NCBI GenBank assembly: GCA_964247055.1
Contig: OZ176051.1
Span: 4,464,001 to 4,528,000 of the forward strand
Reading direction: 5' to 3'
Length of the DNA stretch: 64,000 nucleotides
Source: Paragordius varius
Taxonomy: Eukaryota; Animalia; Nematomorpha
Shown here: positions 13,386-28,300 of the stretch, piece after piece
Layout of the letters: the number at the start of each line of letters is the position of its first letter
How positions within the stretch are numbered: the stretch's first letter is position 1
Made by a program: the position numbers and the translations under genes
Notes under the pieces: model-generated
Seen by the model: only the letters and a program-made list of their open reading frames with translations
Told to the model about the DNA's origin: nothing
Databases searched by the model: none

Positions 13386-16300
13386 CTGTATTAGCCACCT
13401 CACTTGGAAAATTGGCGAATGAAACCAACATAGAAAACCCACAAATCGTATCAGCTGTTCCAGTTGCCGAATCACTTACTGCTGTATAATTAATTTTAAT
13501 ATGCCAATAAGAAAATCCAAATTAATATTCTGTTGACCACCCCAGGGCAATTTACATATATTTTACAAAAATTATACCACCTCTTTATTTCAGCTTTTGA
13601 GTTAACTCTATCTTAAAATATAATTATATAATTATCCAACTTTATATAAGTTTAAAAAGATAGATATTAAACTTTCAAGCCTATTCATAAGATTTTAAAA
13701 CATGTTTCGTATTCTACCGCTATATAACTATTTATCCAATTCGAATAGCATATTCATTAGCAATGTGGCTGCAAAATGGTTATAATAAGCCAAAACATTA
13801 TAATTGGCCTATGCGCCCAATCATGTAGTTTTAAAATTTCGACACCGGGTAAACCGTAAAGAATAGGAAAATTATTATAACAATTTGTTAGATACAAATA
13901 TATTTAATAAGCCCGAATATGTTTTTTGGATATATTAATTACGTGGTTTTTACTTAGACTATTTATGTTAGTATAATTACGTTTAAACCTAAAACATTAT
14001 TTAAGCTGGTTTAATTTTTCAAAGAAAACATTGTTATAATAAAGATTAAACTGTGGTAAACATGGAAAACTTATTAAGTGTTTTCTTCGATTTATAAACA
14101 AGATATTTAAAATGTATATTGTTAATAATATAATTTATTTAGGGAACCCATTTTCAAATTTCCGTATCTTTTCGAAATTCACCCAAGATTATTCATTTTA
14201 GCATGTTTTACATTTCATTTTAGAATAATGGAAAAACAGCCATTGAACAAAATGATCTGTAAGCAAAATGTGTAAAATATTTCAATTTTGACACTTATAT
14301 TTTAGCTTTAACAGAGCTAACAAAAAATCTTATGTAGTATTTTATCAATTTTTAAGCGATATTTTATGAAAAGCCATTTAAACCATTTCTTAGTATTTTA
14401 TATCAAAGGGTAAATTTGATTGGAACGGTAAAGCATATAATAGGCAGCCCAGCCTAAACATTTTGAAATATAATATTTTCTCTGATATACAAAAGTATTT
14501 TGCTTTAAATTTAATAAAATATGGAAACTCTATCTATCAAATTCATAAAATTTTGAAAAATTCTTTAATTTTGATATTACAAATAAAAAATTTATTCTAA
14601 TAAGGCCAAGTTAATTTTGAAAACTTGTATGTCTGTAATAGTGCCCTTTTCACTTATATTGTATGATAAAAAAATTTTAGGCTTTTTTCTCAACAATTTC
14701 TTATACCGGGTTAAACTAATGAGTATATAATATGGATTTTCAATCTAAAAGTATTTGTTAATTTAGCCAAAAAATGAAATTGTTATTGGTTCCAAACCCG
14801 CTTCATTACCAATCAGAACAGCACGCGCACCAATTAACAAGAACAAAGATATGGTTGCTAATATTCTTGATCAAGCAGGTTTTAAATTTAATTTTGGCTT
14901 TTGACGGGCCCAAACTGTCTTACTACTTATATATTGGGTTTTTAATGCTCAAGATCAGTCATTGTGTTACAACATATCGAAATAATATGATTGCTTTGTT
15001 GTTACATATGGTAAACATATGTTTAAAAAAGGTGACTAGTTATTTTATTAGCACAGTCACGGTCAAGGTGCATTCTTTACCCGTCAAGTTCATTTCTTTC
15101 AATTAAATTTGATTAATTTTTGTTTACGACCAAACCGTGCATTTGTTAATAATCTATTTACCACGTCTACTTTATGATTAAATTTTAAGAGTTAGCATTA
15201 AAAATTATACAGATGCATTCACACAATAATCAATTAATGTATCCTATCCTTTAAAGAATTAAAAATAATGTTTCAGTGCTTACGTTCTATTACGAATTTC
15301 CTATGCAATATTATGAAATAATTTCATAATCTTAAATTTTTTAGGATTAAACCAAGAACAAAAGGCATTCATTATTAGCAAAGTAAACGAAGTACAATCC
15401 AAAGGAGGAATCAAAGTTTTAACGCCTTTAGAAAAAGCAAATATAGCGCAATCTATTTTATCTAATGATAAGATAAGAGCTTTTTTGGCTGTACCAGGGA
15501 ATAAAGGTACAACAAGCTTTCATTGCTGAAACTTAGGAAAATTTTAATTACAAATACTTAAAAACACAAGACAATATTTTTTCAAAAGACAGCCATGCTT
15601 ATTTACCTTATTTTTCTTATATAAACTATTTAATTACAAGTATATAAATGTTTGTATTACAAATTTCTTTATATACTTTGGATATTACAATTGGTTATAT
15701 TATAAAATAAATTTAAATAGGTATGGCGGTCTTTGAAAAAGTATATTTGTTTTTATGTTTAACCATTTTGTCTGTGTTTACTGTAAATGTTCAAAATTAA
15801 TTAAAAAATCCCTTTAAAGCGCCAATGTAAATAACTAACATCTAACTATAAAAGATAGTATACAAAAACGTCCAAGACTTAAAAAACAATGATTATATAT
15901 GAGTTTATTATTTATCTTACAGAAAAAGTGTTAGGAGCATTACGAGCCTCTGGAATTAATATCCCAATATCCCCTCTAAGTTCCATTATAAGCGCAGCAG
16001 GAACTCCTCAAGCCGTACCAGCTGTGGCTGGACGCAAAAAACGACAAACTGCCAGAACTTTAGATCTCAAAAACACAAAAGCTAAAATGGCAAACGCAGC
16101 TGGTGGTGTCCCAGCGAGTAATTTAATTTACGTTCATATCTTTATCTATCAGCGAGCGAGCAATTTTATTGCCAATCTTTATAATTATAATGAAATAATT
16201 ACAAAATGCAACCTTTTACTTTAATATATATTTTTAAAGAGTTTAAAAGTCCATAGCACATTAACAGCCACATAATTATAAACGATAATTGTGTAATCAA

Positions 16301-19300
16301 TAATAAATGTTAACAAAAATGCAATTCTATATGGCTCCAATTTTTAGTTAATAGACCAGCAGTTTATGTAACATGCAGAAATACTTGATTATAGACCATT
16401 TCCCAGTCTAAATAAACGTTTTCCCAGTCAATCGAAACATTTTCCCAATCAATCGTTCCCAGTCAATCGAAACATTTTCCCAGTCAATAACAACATTTTC
16501 CCAGTCGATCGAAACGTTTTCCCAGTCAATAAAAACATTTTCCCAATCAATAAAAACGTTTTCCCAGTCAATAAAAACGGTTTTATTTTTAATGATTAAT
16601 ATCAAAACAAGAATATAAAAACAACTTTTAACCATTATTAGCGTAATATATGGAGATAATTTTAATTAAAAACGCAATTATTGAATGACAATTTTTCCAA
16701 GTATATTCCAGTGCACAATCTAATGACTTATTCTTTAAATGTTATAGTTTTGGAATTTGAGTTAAGATAATATTTTTTATTTTATCGATGGTTCGCATTT
16801 ATATATGCGGTTAACTGAAAAAATCTTTAGTTACGGAGGAATTAATAAAATTTATAAAAATATACCATTTTTAACACAAAGGTCATTTGACACTTTATTA
16901 TGGATCTTAAACATAAATTTTACGCTAATTTTATAATAATTAACATTTGGTTGGAGGACTAAGGCGGCCTTCCGAGTATCTTTGTGCGGGCCGCAAAAAT
17001 TTTGAAAATCTATATGCAAAAATATGCCCACAAAATCTTAGTAATATTCATACTTACGCAATTATTATGAATGAATCTATTAAATTGGTAATGAATTAAA
17101 AAAATTTGTTATATTATGTTTGTATTTTACAGTCTTATTAATCGAAAAATTATGTGAATGCCCGTATATATTTTGATTGGGGAACCGTGTGCTTTTTGAG
17201 TTAAAAATGCGGCCCGCGAAGGCATTTAGTTACACCCTTGTTTTAGTCAAATATCCTTTTTATTAAATATTTTTAAATCAAATACACTTTTATCAAAAAA
17301 TATTATCGTTTAGATATTTTTTCCGACAGTATTTTTATCGACAAACCAAGCATATTTAAAAACTATTTGAAGAGCTCCGCAAATATTAATGCGAACCATT
17401 GATAAAATAAAAAATATTATCTTATCTCAAATTCCAAAAATATAACATTTAAAGAATAAGTCATTAATGATTGTGCACTGGAATATACTTGGAAAAATTG
17501 TCATTCAATAATTGCGTTTTTAATTAAAATTATCTCCATATATTACGCTAATAATGATTAAAAGTTGTTTTTATGTTCTTGTTTTGATATTTATCATTAA
17601 AAATAAAACCGTTTTTATTGACTGGGAAAACGTTTTTATTGATTGGTAAAATGTTTTTATTGACTGGGAAAACGTTTCGATCGACTGGGAAAGCGTTTCG
17701 ATTGACTGGGAAAATGTTTCGATTGGCTGGGAAAACGTTTCGATTGACTGGGAAAGCGTTTCGATTGATTGGGAAAACGTTTCGATTGACTGGGAAAACG
17801 TTTATTTAGACTGGGAAATGGTATAGATCAGAAGTTACATTTTTGTATCAGTTATACAGAGACAAAAACCCAAAAAACACTTTTACTCAGAGTTTATTAT
17901 TTATAGGATGTTATTATCATATTAAATATCATACATTTTAATTATTTTATAAGCTTCGTTCCGTCTTTATTTTGTTTTTCATATTTCATTCATTATTATA
18001 CAGAACTGACGAAGGACGCTATACCTCATGCTGAACCCATGGGTGCAGTTCCACTTTCTGAACCAATCGCAGTATTTTATATTTCATTTGGGCAAATAAG
18101 TGACCAATTATATTTAAAAAATTTATAAAATTTATATAACATTATGCCCTGAATGGTTAATCATTTTTAACACATTCCAATCCATCTTTTTTTTCATCTT
18201 TTTAAATAATATAAAAAATATTTTAATAGTCGTCGAAAATTGGAGCCAAACCTTTAACTCGAATAGCCCGTGCTACAACGGATGCCTTGCAAAACACAGT
18301 TAATAATTATCTTTCAAAAGCAGGTGTCCTCTTTATGTTTTATCATCTTTTGTTTATTAATCATTTATTTGTATGAAAAGATGTAATGATTATCTATTTT
18401 ATAAAAGGTTTGGACCCATCACAGATATCTTTGTTTACAAGTAAAGTTCAAGAAATTCAATCTAAGGGCGGGATTAATGCCCTAACTCCTATTCAAAAAG
18501 CTGGCATTGCCCAATCCATTTTATCGAATGAGAAAATAAAAGCTTTCCTTGCAGTCCCTGGAAACAAAGGTTGCTAAATACAAAGATTAATCTTTAAAAT
18601 ATTTAATTTAAAAAGACAAAATAAAGCTCCGTTCAAGGTTTGATTATGAAACTGTTAATTATTACGACCATTAAAAATATGGATTGAGGATTCGTTCATT
18701 AATTTTTAAGCTCAATTAACTTAAATGTTTTCTACTAATAAGACAGTCATTATTATATATAATTTTACAATTTTCGGATTTAAAACATGCGCCTCTGGCT
18801 TTGGTTAAAAAAACTCAGTTTTTTGCTTGCGTTACTATCTTTAAATTTTGCTTGATAAAAATAGCTACTGTCAGTAAAATAATTATTTTGATCGTAAACG
18901 ATGAATATTTGATTTAAATTTTGACACAAATCAGCCTATTACCCCTTTATTGGGACCTGAACTGTTAAAGAAAAAAATGCCTTCTCTCAAAGTGGCAATT
19001 TTAATCAGGTTTTAAAAATTATTCATATTTTTTAATTAAGATGGACTTTTTTATGTAAACTTTTTTATACTACCACAAATATCAAATAGACACAACAACT
19101 CGCTTTTAACATGCCAACGTATTTAGTTAGCTCGATATTATATAATAATCTTTTTTTATTCACGTAGAAAAAATTATTCAGGCCCTAAGATTGATTGGAA
19201 TAAATGTGCCGACATCACCTCTCGGTGCAATTGCCGGGGCAGTAGGAGCGCCATCCTCACTCCAAGCCATTGCGGGTTTAGCGGGTCGAAGAAAAAGACA

Positions 19301-22300
19301 GACTACTCTAGCAGAACCAGTTCCTAAAGTTTTAACTGCTATAAAGAGTCCTGGAATCTCACCCGGTATTTTTTAATAAATTTTACTCATGTTTAGTCAA
19401 AAAGTGTCTTCTACAACTACAACTACAAAATTACAATTTGTAAGCATTAAATAGAGTGCGCGTTAGCATTTTATTTTTATACCTTATTTTGTTACCCAAA
19501 ACGATGAATCGTATTATTCAAATAATATATATATAGGGTTGTTTTTAAAAAAATACTCTTTTTTTCAATTTAATATATATATATATATAAATATATAATT
19601 ATAAATTTAGCATTATCGGTAGACGATATAAACAATTACCAGATATTTATCAAATCAGCCAAAGAAGAAATTATAAAAGAGCTCTCGACAGACGAAAAAG
19701 AGGCTTTAAAACTTAAAGCCAAAATTTTGAGAGAAAAATGGGAAAAAATGACACCCGAACAAAAAGCAGCTCTTAAAGCACAAGTACTAAGTGACGAGAG
19801 AGTCAAAAAATTGTTGGAAGTACCAGGAAATCAAGGTAATAACATAGATAATTATATAAAATTTTAAGTAATCATATTATTCAAATAATTTATGTATGAA
19901 ATTAGGCCACAAAATTAGCAAAGGTCATTATTGTGTTAAAATTTAATATAAAAAGATATGAAATTAGTTTTACCATAAAATATTTATTTTAAATCGTTAG
20001 AGAAAGCCAAAATGTTAATTGCCAAAATCAAGGAAATGATCGACTCTGGAACATTGTTTGGAAGCACACCTTCCGTCTCAAGAAAAAAGAGGGAAGCAGG
20101 TAGTGTTTTATCCTATTATATTTTATATATTGGATCAATTGAATTAACTGCTAAAGGAAAATTGCAAAAAATCACAACCGGCGTGTAAATTGTTTTAGTA
20201 ACCGCGATAAAATTAAAAAAGTACACCCTTTAAGTTTGAATCAAAATATTGGTTTTTTATTGATTCGTAAAATTTATTTAGCATGGTTGTTACATATAAA
20301 TTGTTAATCATTAAATAAATTGGAATAACAAAGCATAATTTTTTTTGAAAGTTTTGTATTGAATATGTTGAGTAAAAAAATGTGTGCAAATTAAATATAT
20401 TATATAATATTTATGTATTCTTGTATCTTCAGAACTCAACCAGCGAGAAAAACGACAAGCTCCAGTTCCCTCAGCGGTTAATACAGGTAAACATTTTGTC
20501 AATTGTTGCAAAAATAATATTTGTGTCATAAAGCGTTATAATTTATTTTACATAAAAACATAAAATAGCCTTATCGGTAGAAGAATTAAATAATTACCAA
20601 ATCTTCTTGAAATCTGCCAAAGAAGAAATTCAGAAGCAACTGTCGGCGGATGAAAAAGTCATTCTTAAACAGAAAGCTAAGTTATTGAAAGAAAAATGGG
20701 ACAAAATGACACCAGAGCAAAAGGCTGCGGCTAAAGCCCAAATCTTATCCAATGAGAATGTTAAAAAATTGTTGGAGGTACCTGGTAATCAAGGTAAAAA
20801 CACATTAACCATTCTTTTTTTAATATTATACATTTTATATATGTGTGAACAAACTTATATTTTTCAAAGAACAAGCAAAAATCATTCTCAAAAAAGTTCA
20901 ACAAATGATTGATTCTGGAACGTTATTTGGTTCAGCTGGTGAAGTAGCTAGAACCAAAAGAGCCGAAGGTATTTAACTTTGCTAAAAGCCTACTAAATAT
21001 TTATAATTTTGAAAAATTTATTTAAACTCTTACAATTTCTGATATGTTGAATGAACCGCAATTTCCTTTTATTGGGCTTACTAAGTTTAGGATTAACTTT
21101 GCAGTTACAAATATTTATTTATTAACACATTTATTAATGCACCATTCAAGTCCATTCATTCAAATTACCCTACGATTTTATAAAAGTTTACAAAAACATT
21201 TAGGATGCTATACTACTTTATCCTTCCCGCTTACATCCATATATCACTCCCACAGTTTATATCAGTATATATATTTTTGCTAAATAAATCAAAGGTGTCA
21301 TCGCTACCGCACCCGATTCTTTAAAGGCTCAAGCCAAAGATTTTAAAGACAACTTAGGCCAAACTTTGACTGATGAACAAAAAATGATGTTTAAAACTAA
21401 GGGAGAGGAATGGAAAGCAAAGCTGGCTGCTGGAAATTTGACTGCAGAAAATAAGGAGGCTATCAAGCAAAAAATTATTGGCAACGAAAAGGTCAAACAA
21501 TTTTTGGCCCAACCCGGAAATAAAGGTAGCTAGCTATTATATTTTATATAATATTATTGACATTATCCTTAGACAAATCCGGCCTTGTTAACATCGGGCA
21601 AAAAACATGAGATTCAATCATCATTTATTTTATATATAATTACAAAATAAATAAATATCTTGTATTGGTATTTATTTTTTACTTGCTGATGATAATTATA
21701 ATAGATTTTATAAAAACTCCCGCATAGGACAAAATGAAAAGGAGCTAAAACTTTCGAAACATAAACTAAAAAAATACTCTTGTTAAAAGTATTTTTGGTT
21801 AAATATGCTTTTGCATTAAGCATTTACAATATTATATGTATGATAATATTCATAATATATGTGATATGTTATGTATAATAGAAAAAGCTCAACAATTAGC
21901 CGCAGGTCTTAAAGCAAAGGTTGGTGGTACTATGGTGCCTCAAGGTGATATAGTGGTTCGCAAACGAAGAGATATAGAAAGTTAATGAATAATATATTTA
22001 GTATTTTTTTGTTTAGCACATTATATATTTTAAGTATCCACGTACCTAGATATCGAAATCTTTTTTTATGAAACCAAAATTAGCTTTTGTCGTTCGTTGA
22101 ATACGGTTCTTTTGGAAATTTAATAATACTATCTGTGAAATATAAAAATAGAATCAGTAATTGTTTGACAAAAAATAATAAAACCGGCGAAAAAGTTCGT
22201 TTAAGAACAATTATCATGATAATCGTTTTTACAAAAATATATGGAGCTAGAATCTAACAATTAAGACTGATAGAAACAGAATTTTAAATTTTTTCATCCT

Positions 22301-25300
22301 GAGCCGTAATAAAAATATTCAATTTTACCAAATACTTATAAATTGAAACTCATTTGGATATATTTTTATATAATGTGTAATCTTTAATCTTGATTAAAAC
22401 CAAAAAATAGGTATTAAACTTTGAATAGCTTTTTAAATAATATATTTGGTTTTTGGTGAAAATAGTAAGTGAAATTGATATTGCAAGTAATTCCCGAAAC
22501 AAACGTGCCGCAGTAGAAGGTAATTGATTATTATAGAAAAAAGTTTATCGAAGTAATTTTTGTTTTCTATATTTTATGCATTTATCAGGCGTGGGTGTTG
22601 GAGAAAATAAAGATCTGAAAGCTAAAGTCGATTCATTAAAAGTAAAATTTGGCGAAACTTTGTCGGATGAACAAAAGGCAGCATTAAAAACCAAAAGTGA
22701 CCAAATCAAAACTAAATTCTCCGAAGGTCAGCTAACCACTGAAGATAAAAATGCTATTAAAGAAAAAATTTTGGGAAATGAAAAAGTTAAAGAATTTCTA
22801 GCTCAACCAGGCAATAAGGGTATATAAATTAAATATTTTCGATAAAATATAATTCAATATAAATATAGTTTCTATGTTACTGGAATCAGAGTTATGAAAA
22901 GCATTAGGATATCATTATAAGACATCTGTTTTGATATTACTAAGGGAGCTGGCCTAATTTTTCTATATGCAATGTTCATTTATAATATAATACATTTTAT
23001 AGAAAAGGCTCAGAAATTTGCAGGAGAAGTTAAAGCCAAAATAAATGCTAAAATTCCACAAGGTGACATAATACCCGCAGTTAGTACTAGGAGGCGTAGG
23101 GAAATACCAGGTTATTATACTGATTTGATATTATCGAAATTATTCATTCATTTATTGCTAAAATTTGTATTTAGTTGAGATCCAAATAGCCGAAATTAAA
23201 GAAAAATTATAACGATATAAGAAAGTTTTTTACACTTTTGTAGTAAGTGCTCCATATCAGAGAATGGCAAAATTTGAGCATGTTTTTCGTCATAAAATTT
23301 TGCTTCATTTTAAAAAATATCACTAAAATATATTACTACCTATAAAAAGTAAAACAATATTTTTAAAATATTTTAATTTTAAGATGTGGACTCCGAAAGT
23401 CCCAAATTTTTTCGCTCTTCTAAAATGGGCCGACCAGTCATCTTAAAATAAAGAAATGCCGGGATTGCGCGATAAAATTTTATATATTCTAAGTTTTGAC
23501 ATCAAAAAGTATTTTTGAAAAAATGCATATTTTTGCAAAAATTTAATTTTAAGCAAAATTTTGTTGAACCGTATTTTATCCTTTTTTAAGCATGGTAGAA
23601 ACGGTATAAAAACGCTTTTAGATATTATAAAAGCACTTTGTCCATATAATTTGTTTATGCTAAACATTCTATCACATCATAATTTTGATTAAAATATTCG
23701 TTCGTCTTAAAAAATATTTCAAATATAATTTGTGTTTTTTTATAAAAATTCACCAAAATTCGAAATTAAAATTCTGAAGCGATAGAAATGTTCAGCATCA
23801 TTAAATTATATATTAAAAGTGTTTTTATAATATCTAAAAGCGTTTTTATACCGTTCCTTATATGCCTAAAAATAGTGTGAAAAATGCTTCAACAAATTTT
23901 TGCTAAAAATTAAATTTTTGTAGAAAAGTATACATTTTTAAAAAAATATTTTTTTGATGTCAAAATTTAACATATATTTAAAATTTTTATCGTGCATACC
24001 CGGCATTGCGTTTGTTTTAAAAGAACTAGCCCATTTTCGAAGAGCGAAAAAATTTTGGACTTTGGGCCACATCTAAAAAAATATTTTAAAAAAATTGTTT
24101 TCCTTTTTATAGGTAGTTTATAATATATATTTTAGTGATATTTTTCGAAATGAAGCATTTAGCTTTCACCAAAAAAATTTCATGACAAAAAATAAGCTCA
24201 AATTTTGCCATTTTCTGATATTGAGCACTTACCACAAAAGTGTATAACTTTCTTATATCACTCGTAAGAGCCAAAACCAAAAGCACCATGATAATCCTGA
24301 TACATTTTTCTAAAAGAATATATTTAATCATCAGGTTGTTTTTTATACCCCCCGAAAATGGACGCAGTGTAATTAATAACATAAAGATATTTATATTACA
24401 CAAACAGTTCAACTACAAATGGAGGCTATAAAAGCGCAATTTGCAAAAATGACACCTGAGGAACGGGCAAAACTTCAAGCCCAAATACAAACGATTCAAA
24501 ATCGACTTAAAACTTTCACACCAGACGAAAAAGTTCAATTGCAACAAAAATTAGCCGCTAATCCAGACTTCGTAAACCTAAAAACATGGATCTCTCAACC
24601 TGGAAACAATGGTTTTTGTTATTAAGTGACATCTTAAAAACTGACGAAATTTAAAATTAAAATTGTTTAGGTGAGATATGTGCTCAGTTTAATTTGTGTC
24701 GTCATCAAACAACAAAATTAGTTAAAAATTAAATTTTGTACAAAATTAATATATAGCAAAAGACTCAATTGTTTTGAGTAAAACAAATAGTAGTTCTGTT
24801 TTATCCTTCTGTAATAATATAATAAGTGGAAAAAGAAAATTTTACCAAATTCTAAATCCCTATTTTAACTTTTATAATTGAGATGCAATAAATTTTTTGT
24901 ATTTTTAGAAAAAATAAAAAAAATAATCGCCGACATTTCATCCAAAATCAACGCAAAAGTAGTCCAAAATGTACCAAAACCAGCCCGAAAAAGGAGAGCT
25001 ATCGATGGTAATATTCTTATGCTAAATATATATACCTTTGCCATTAGTTAAATTTATTGTAAAATAGAAATTAGGCCATAAAATGGCAAACAATAACCGG
25101 AAAAATTATTATCCTATACATATATTCAGTTCAAAATCAAATCGAGGCTATTAAAACACAATTGTCAAAAATGACACCTGACGAACAAAAGAATCTTCAA
25201 GCTCAAATTCAAGCCATATTGAATCGGTTAAAAACTATGACACCAGAGGAGAAAGCCATGCTTCAACAAAAACTTGCAACCAATCCAGAATATGCCAATC

Positions 25301-28300
25301 TCAAAACTTGGTTAATGCAACCCGGGAATAAGGGTATTAAAACTTGGATAACAGCAACGATAAATAAATTATCAATTAATATTACTACATAAAACGATTC
25401 CAATTTTACAAATTTGTATTATATCAGAAAAACTCAAAAAATTGGTCGCAGACATCGGGTCAAAAATAAAAGCTCAATCACCTGCTGGAATGTTACCTAC
25501 CCGCAAAAGAAGGGACGTTGATGGTATGAATTTTAGTTAAATTAATTCATCTGCAACGATTATTTACTCAAGGATATTAATGAATTCTAATTCCCTTTTA
25601 TTTTATATAAATATTGAATGCATCAATAAAAGACTTTATTTTAGTGCAAGCTCAACTTGAGGCCCTAAAAGTTCAATTCGCTAAAATGACTCCTGCTGAG
25701 CGGGCTAACTTACAAGCCCAAATACAAACGATCCAAAATCGACTTAAAACTTTAACGCCAGACGAAAAAGTGCAATTGCAAAAAAAATTAGCCGCTAATC
25801 CAGACTTCGTAAACCTGAAAACATGGATCTCTCAACCTGGAAACAAGGGTTTTTGTTACTAATTTACATCTTAATTAAAACTTACAAAATTTAAAATTAA
25901 AATCGTTTAGGTAAGATATGTGCTTACTTTTGTGTCGTCATTTAACCACAAAATTAGTTAAAAATTAAATTTTTGTACAAAATAAATACATAGCAAAAGA
26001 CTCAATTGTTTCGAGTAAAACAAATAGTAGTTCTGTTTTATCCATAATATAATAAGTGCAAAAAGAAAATTCCACCAAATTTAACTTATATAATTGAGAT
26101 GCAATATATAATGTGTATTTTTAGAAAAAATAAAAAAAGTAATCGCCGACATTTCATCCAAAGTCAACGCAAAAGTAGTCCAAAATGTACCAAAACCGGC
26201 CCGAAAAAGGAGAGCTATCGATGGTTAATATCCTTAAAATATATACCTTTGCTATTATTAAAATTAATTGTAAAATAGAAATTACGCCATAAAATGCCAA
26301 ATAACCGGACAAATTATTATCCTATACATATATTAAACAGTTCAAAATCAAATCGAGGCTATTAAAACACAATTGTCAAAAATGACACCCGATGAGCAAA
26401 AGAATCTTCAAGCTCAAATTCAAGCCATATTGAATCGGTTAAAAACTATGACACCAGAGGAGAAAGCCATGCTTCAACAAAAACTTGCAGCCAATCCAGA
26501 ATATGCCAACCTCAAAACTTGGTTAATGCAACCCGGGAATAAGGGTATTAAAACTTGAATAACAGCACAACAATTAATACATTAATAAATATTACTATAT
26601 AACGATTCCAGTTTTACAAATAATATTTGCTCTTGTATTATGTCAGAAAAACTAAAAAACTTGGTCGCAGACATCGGGTCGAAAATAAAAGCTCAATCAC
26701 CTGATGGAATGTTATCTACCCGCAAAAGAAGGGACGTTGATGGTATGAATTTTAGTTAAATTAATTCATCTGCAACGATACATTTACTCAAGTATACTAA
26801 TAATTTCTAATTTCCTTTTTATTTAAATATTTAATGTATTAATAAAAGACTTTATTTTAGTGCAAGCTCAACTTGAAGCGCTAAAAGTTCAATTCGCTAA
26901 AATGACTCCTGCTGAGCGGGCTAACTTACAAGCCCAAATACAAACGATTCAAAATCGACTTAAAACTTTAACGCCAGACGAAAAAGTCCAATTACAACAA
27001 AAATTAGCCGCTAATCCAGACTTCGTAAACCTAAAAACATGGATCTCTCAACCTGGAAACAAGGGTTTTTGTTACTAATTTACATCTTAATTAAAACTTA
27101 CAAAATATAAAATTAAAATCGTTTAGGTGAGATATGTGCTCAGTTTAATTTGTGTCGTCATCAAACAGCAAAATTAGTTAAAAATTAAATTTTTATAAAA
27201 AATTAATACATGGCAAAAGACTGAATTGTTTTGATTAATACAAATAGTAGTTCTGTTTTATCCATAATATAATAAGTGCAAAAAGAAAATTCCACCAAAT
27301 TTAACTTATATAATTGCGATGCAATAAATTTTTTGTATTTTTAGAAAAAATAAAAAAAGTAATCGCCGACATTTCATCCAAAGTCAACGCAAAAGTAGTC
27401 CAAAATGTACCAAAACCGGCCCGAAAAAGGAGAGCCATCGATGGTTAATAAGCTAAATATATATACCTTTGCTATTATTAAAAATTATTGAAAATAGAAA
27501 TTAGGCCATAAAATGCCAAATAATAATGGAAAAATTATTATCCTATACATATATTAAACAGTTCAAAATCAAATCGAGGCTATTAAAACACAATTGTCAA
27601 AAATGACACCTGATGAGCAAAAGAATCTCCAAGCTCAAATTCAAGCCATATTGAATCGGTTAAAAACTATGACACCAGAGGAGAAAGCCATGCTTCAACA
27701 AAAACTTGCAGCCAATCCAGAATATGCCAATCTCAAAGCTTGGTTAATGCAACCCGGCAATAAGGGTATTAAAAGTTGGATAACATCAACAATTAATAAA
27801 TTATTGGGTGGGATGATAAAAAAATTTTTTTGACTTGACTTGCAAGTTTTTAAAGTCATGGCTTGTTTTCATTTGATAAAAAATCTTAACATTACGCGAC
27901 TTAAGTCAAGCAAGAAGACTTGATTCGGAGGTGATAAATAATCATATGATCAAGTAAAACTTAAAGATTTTGCAGGTGTGGTGTAGGGCACACTTGACAG
28001 ATTTAAATGGATAAAATTATTTTGGAAACTATTTATGTAAAAATTTAGGTTTTAAATGTAATTCAGACCTTTGTTAATGCTCTAAATTGTTACTTTGATA
28101 AATTTTGGCTAATTAACCTATTCATTGGTGGATACAAAAAGGGATAAATTTATAGAAAAACTCTGCTAATATTTAAGAACATGGCATATAAAAAGATGCT
28201 AAATATATCGATTCCGTGAACGCAAAAAAATTTGATTCTCGAAAATTTCTTAAAATTAATAATTAAATATTAATCTTGTAAAATTTCAAATCTTCGTTTA

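Noticed and set aside
16408-17809. ORFs 16408-16635 (minus) and 17618-17809 (plus) with IDWEN/LTGK repeats, and a possible CRISPR-like array
   Set aside because: They are translations of the 22-bp subterminal tandem repeats of a foldback element. There are no unique spacers, no cas genes, and the context is eukaryotic.
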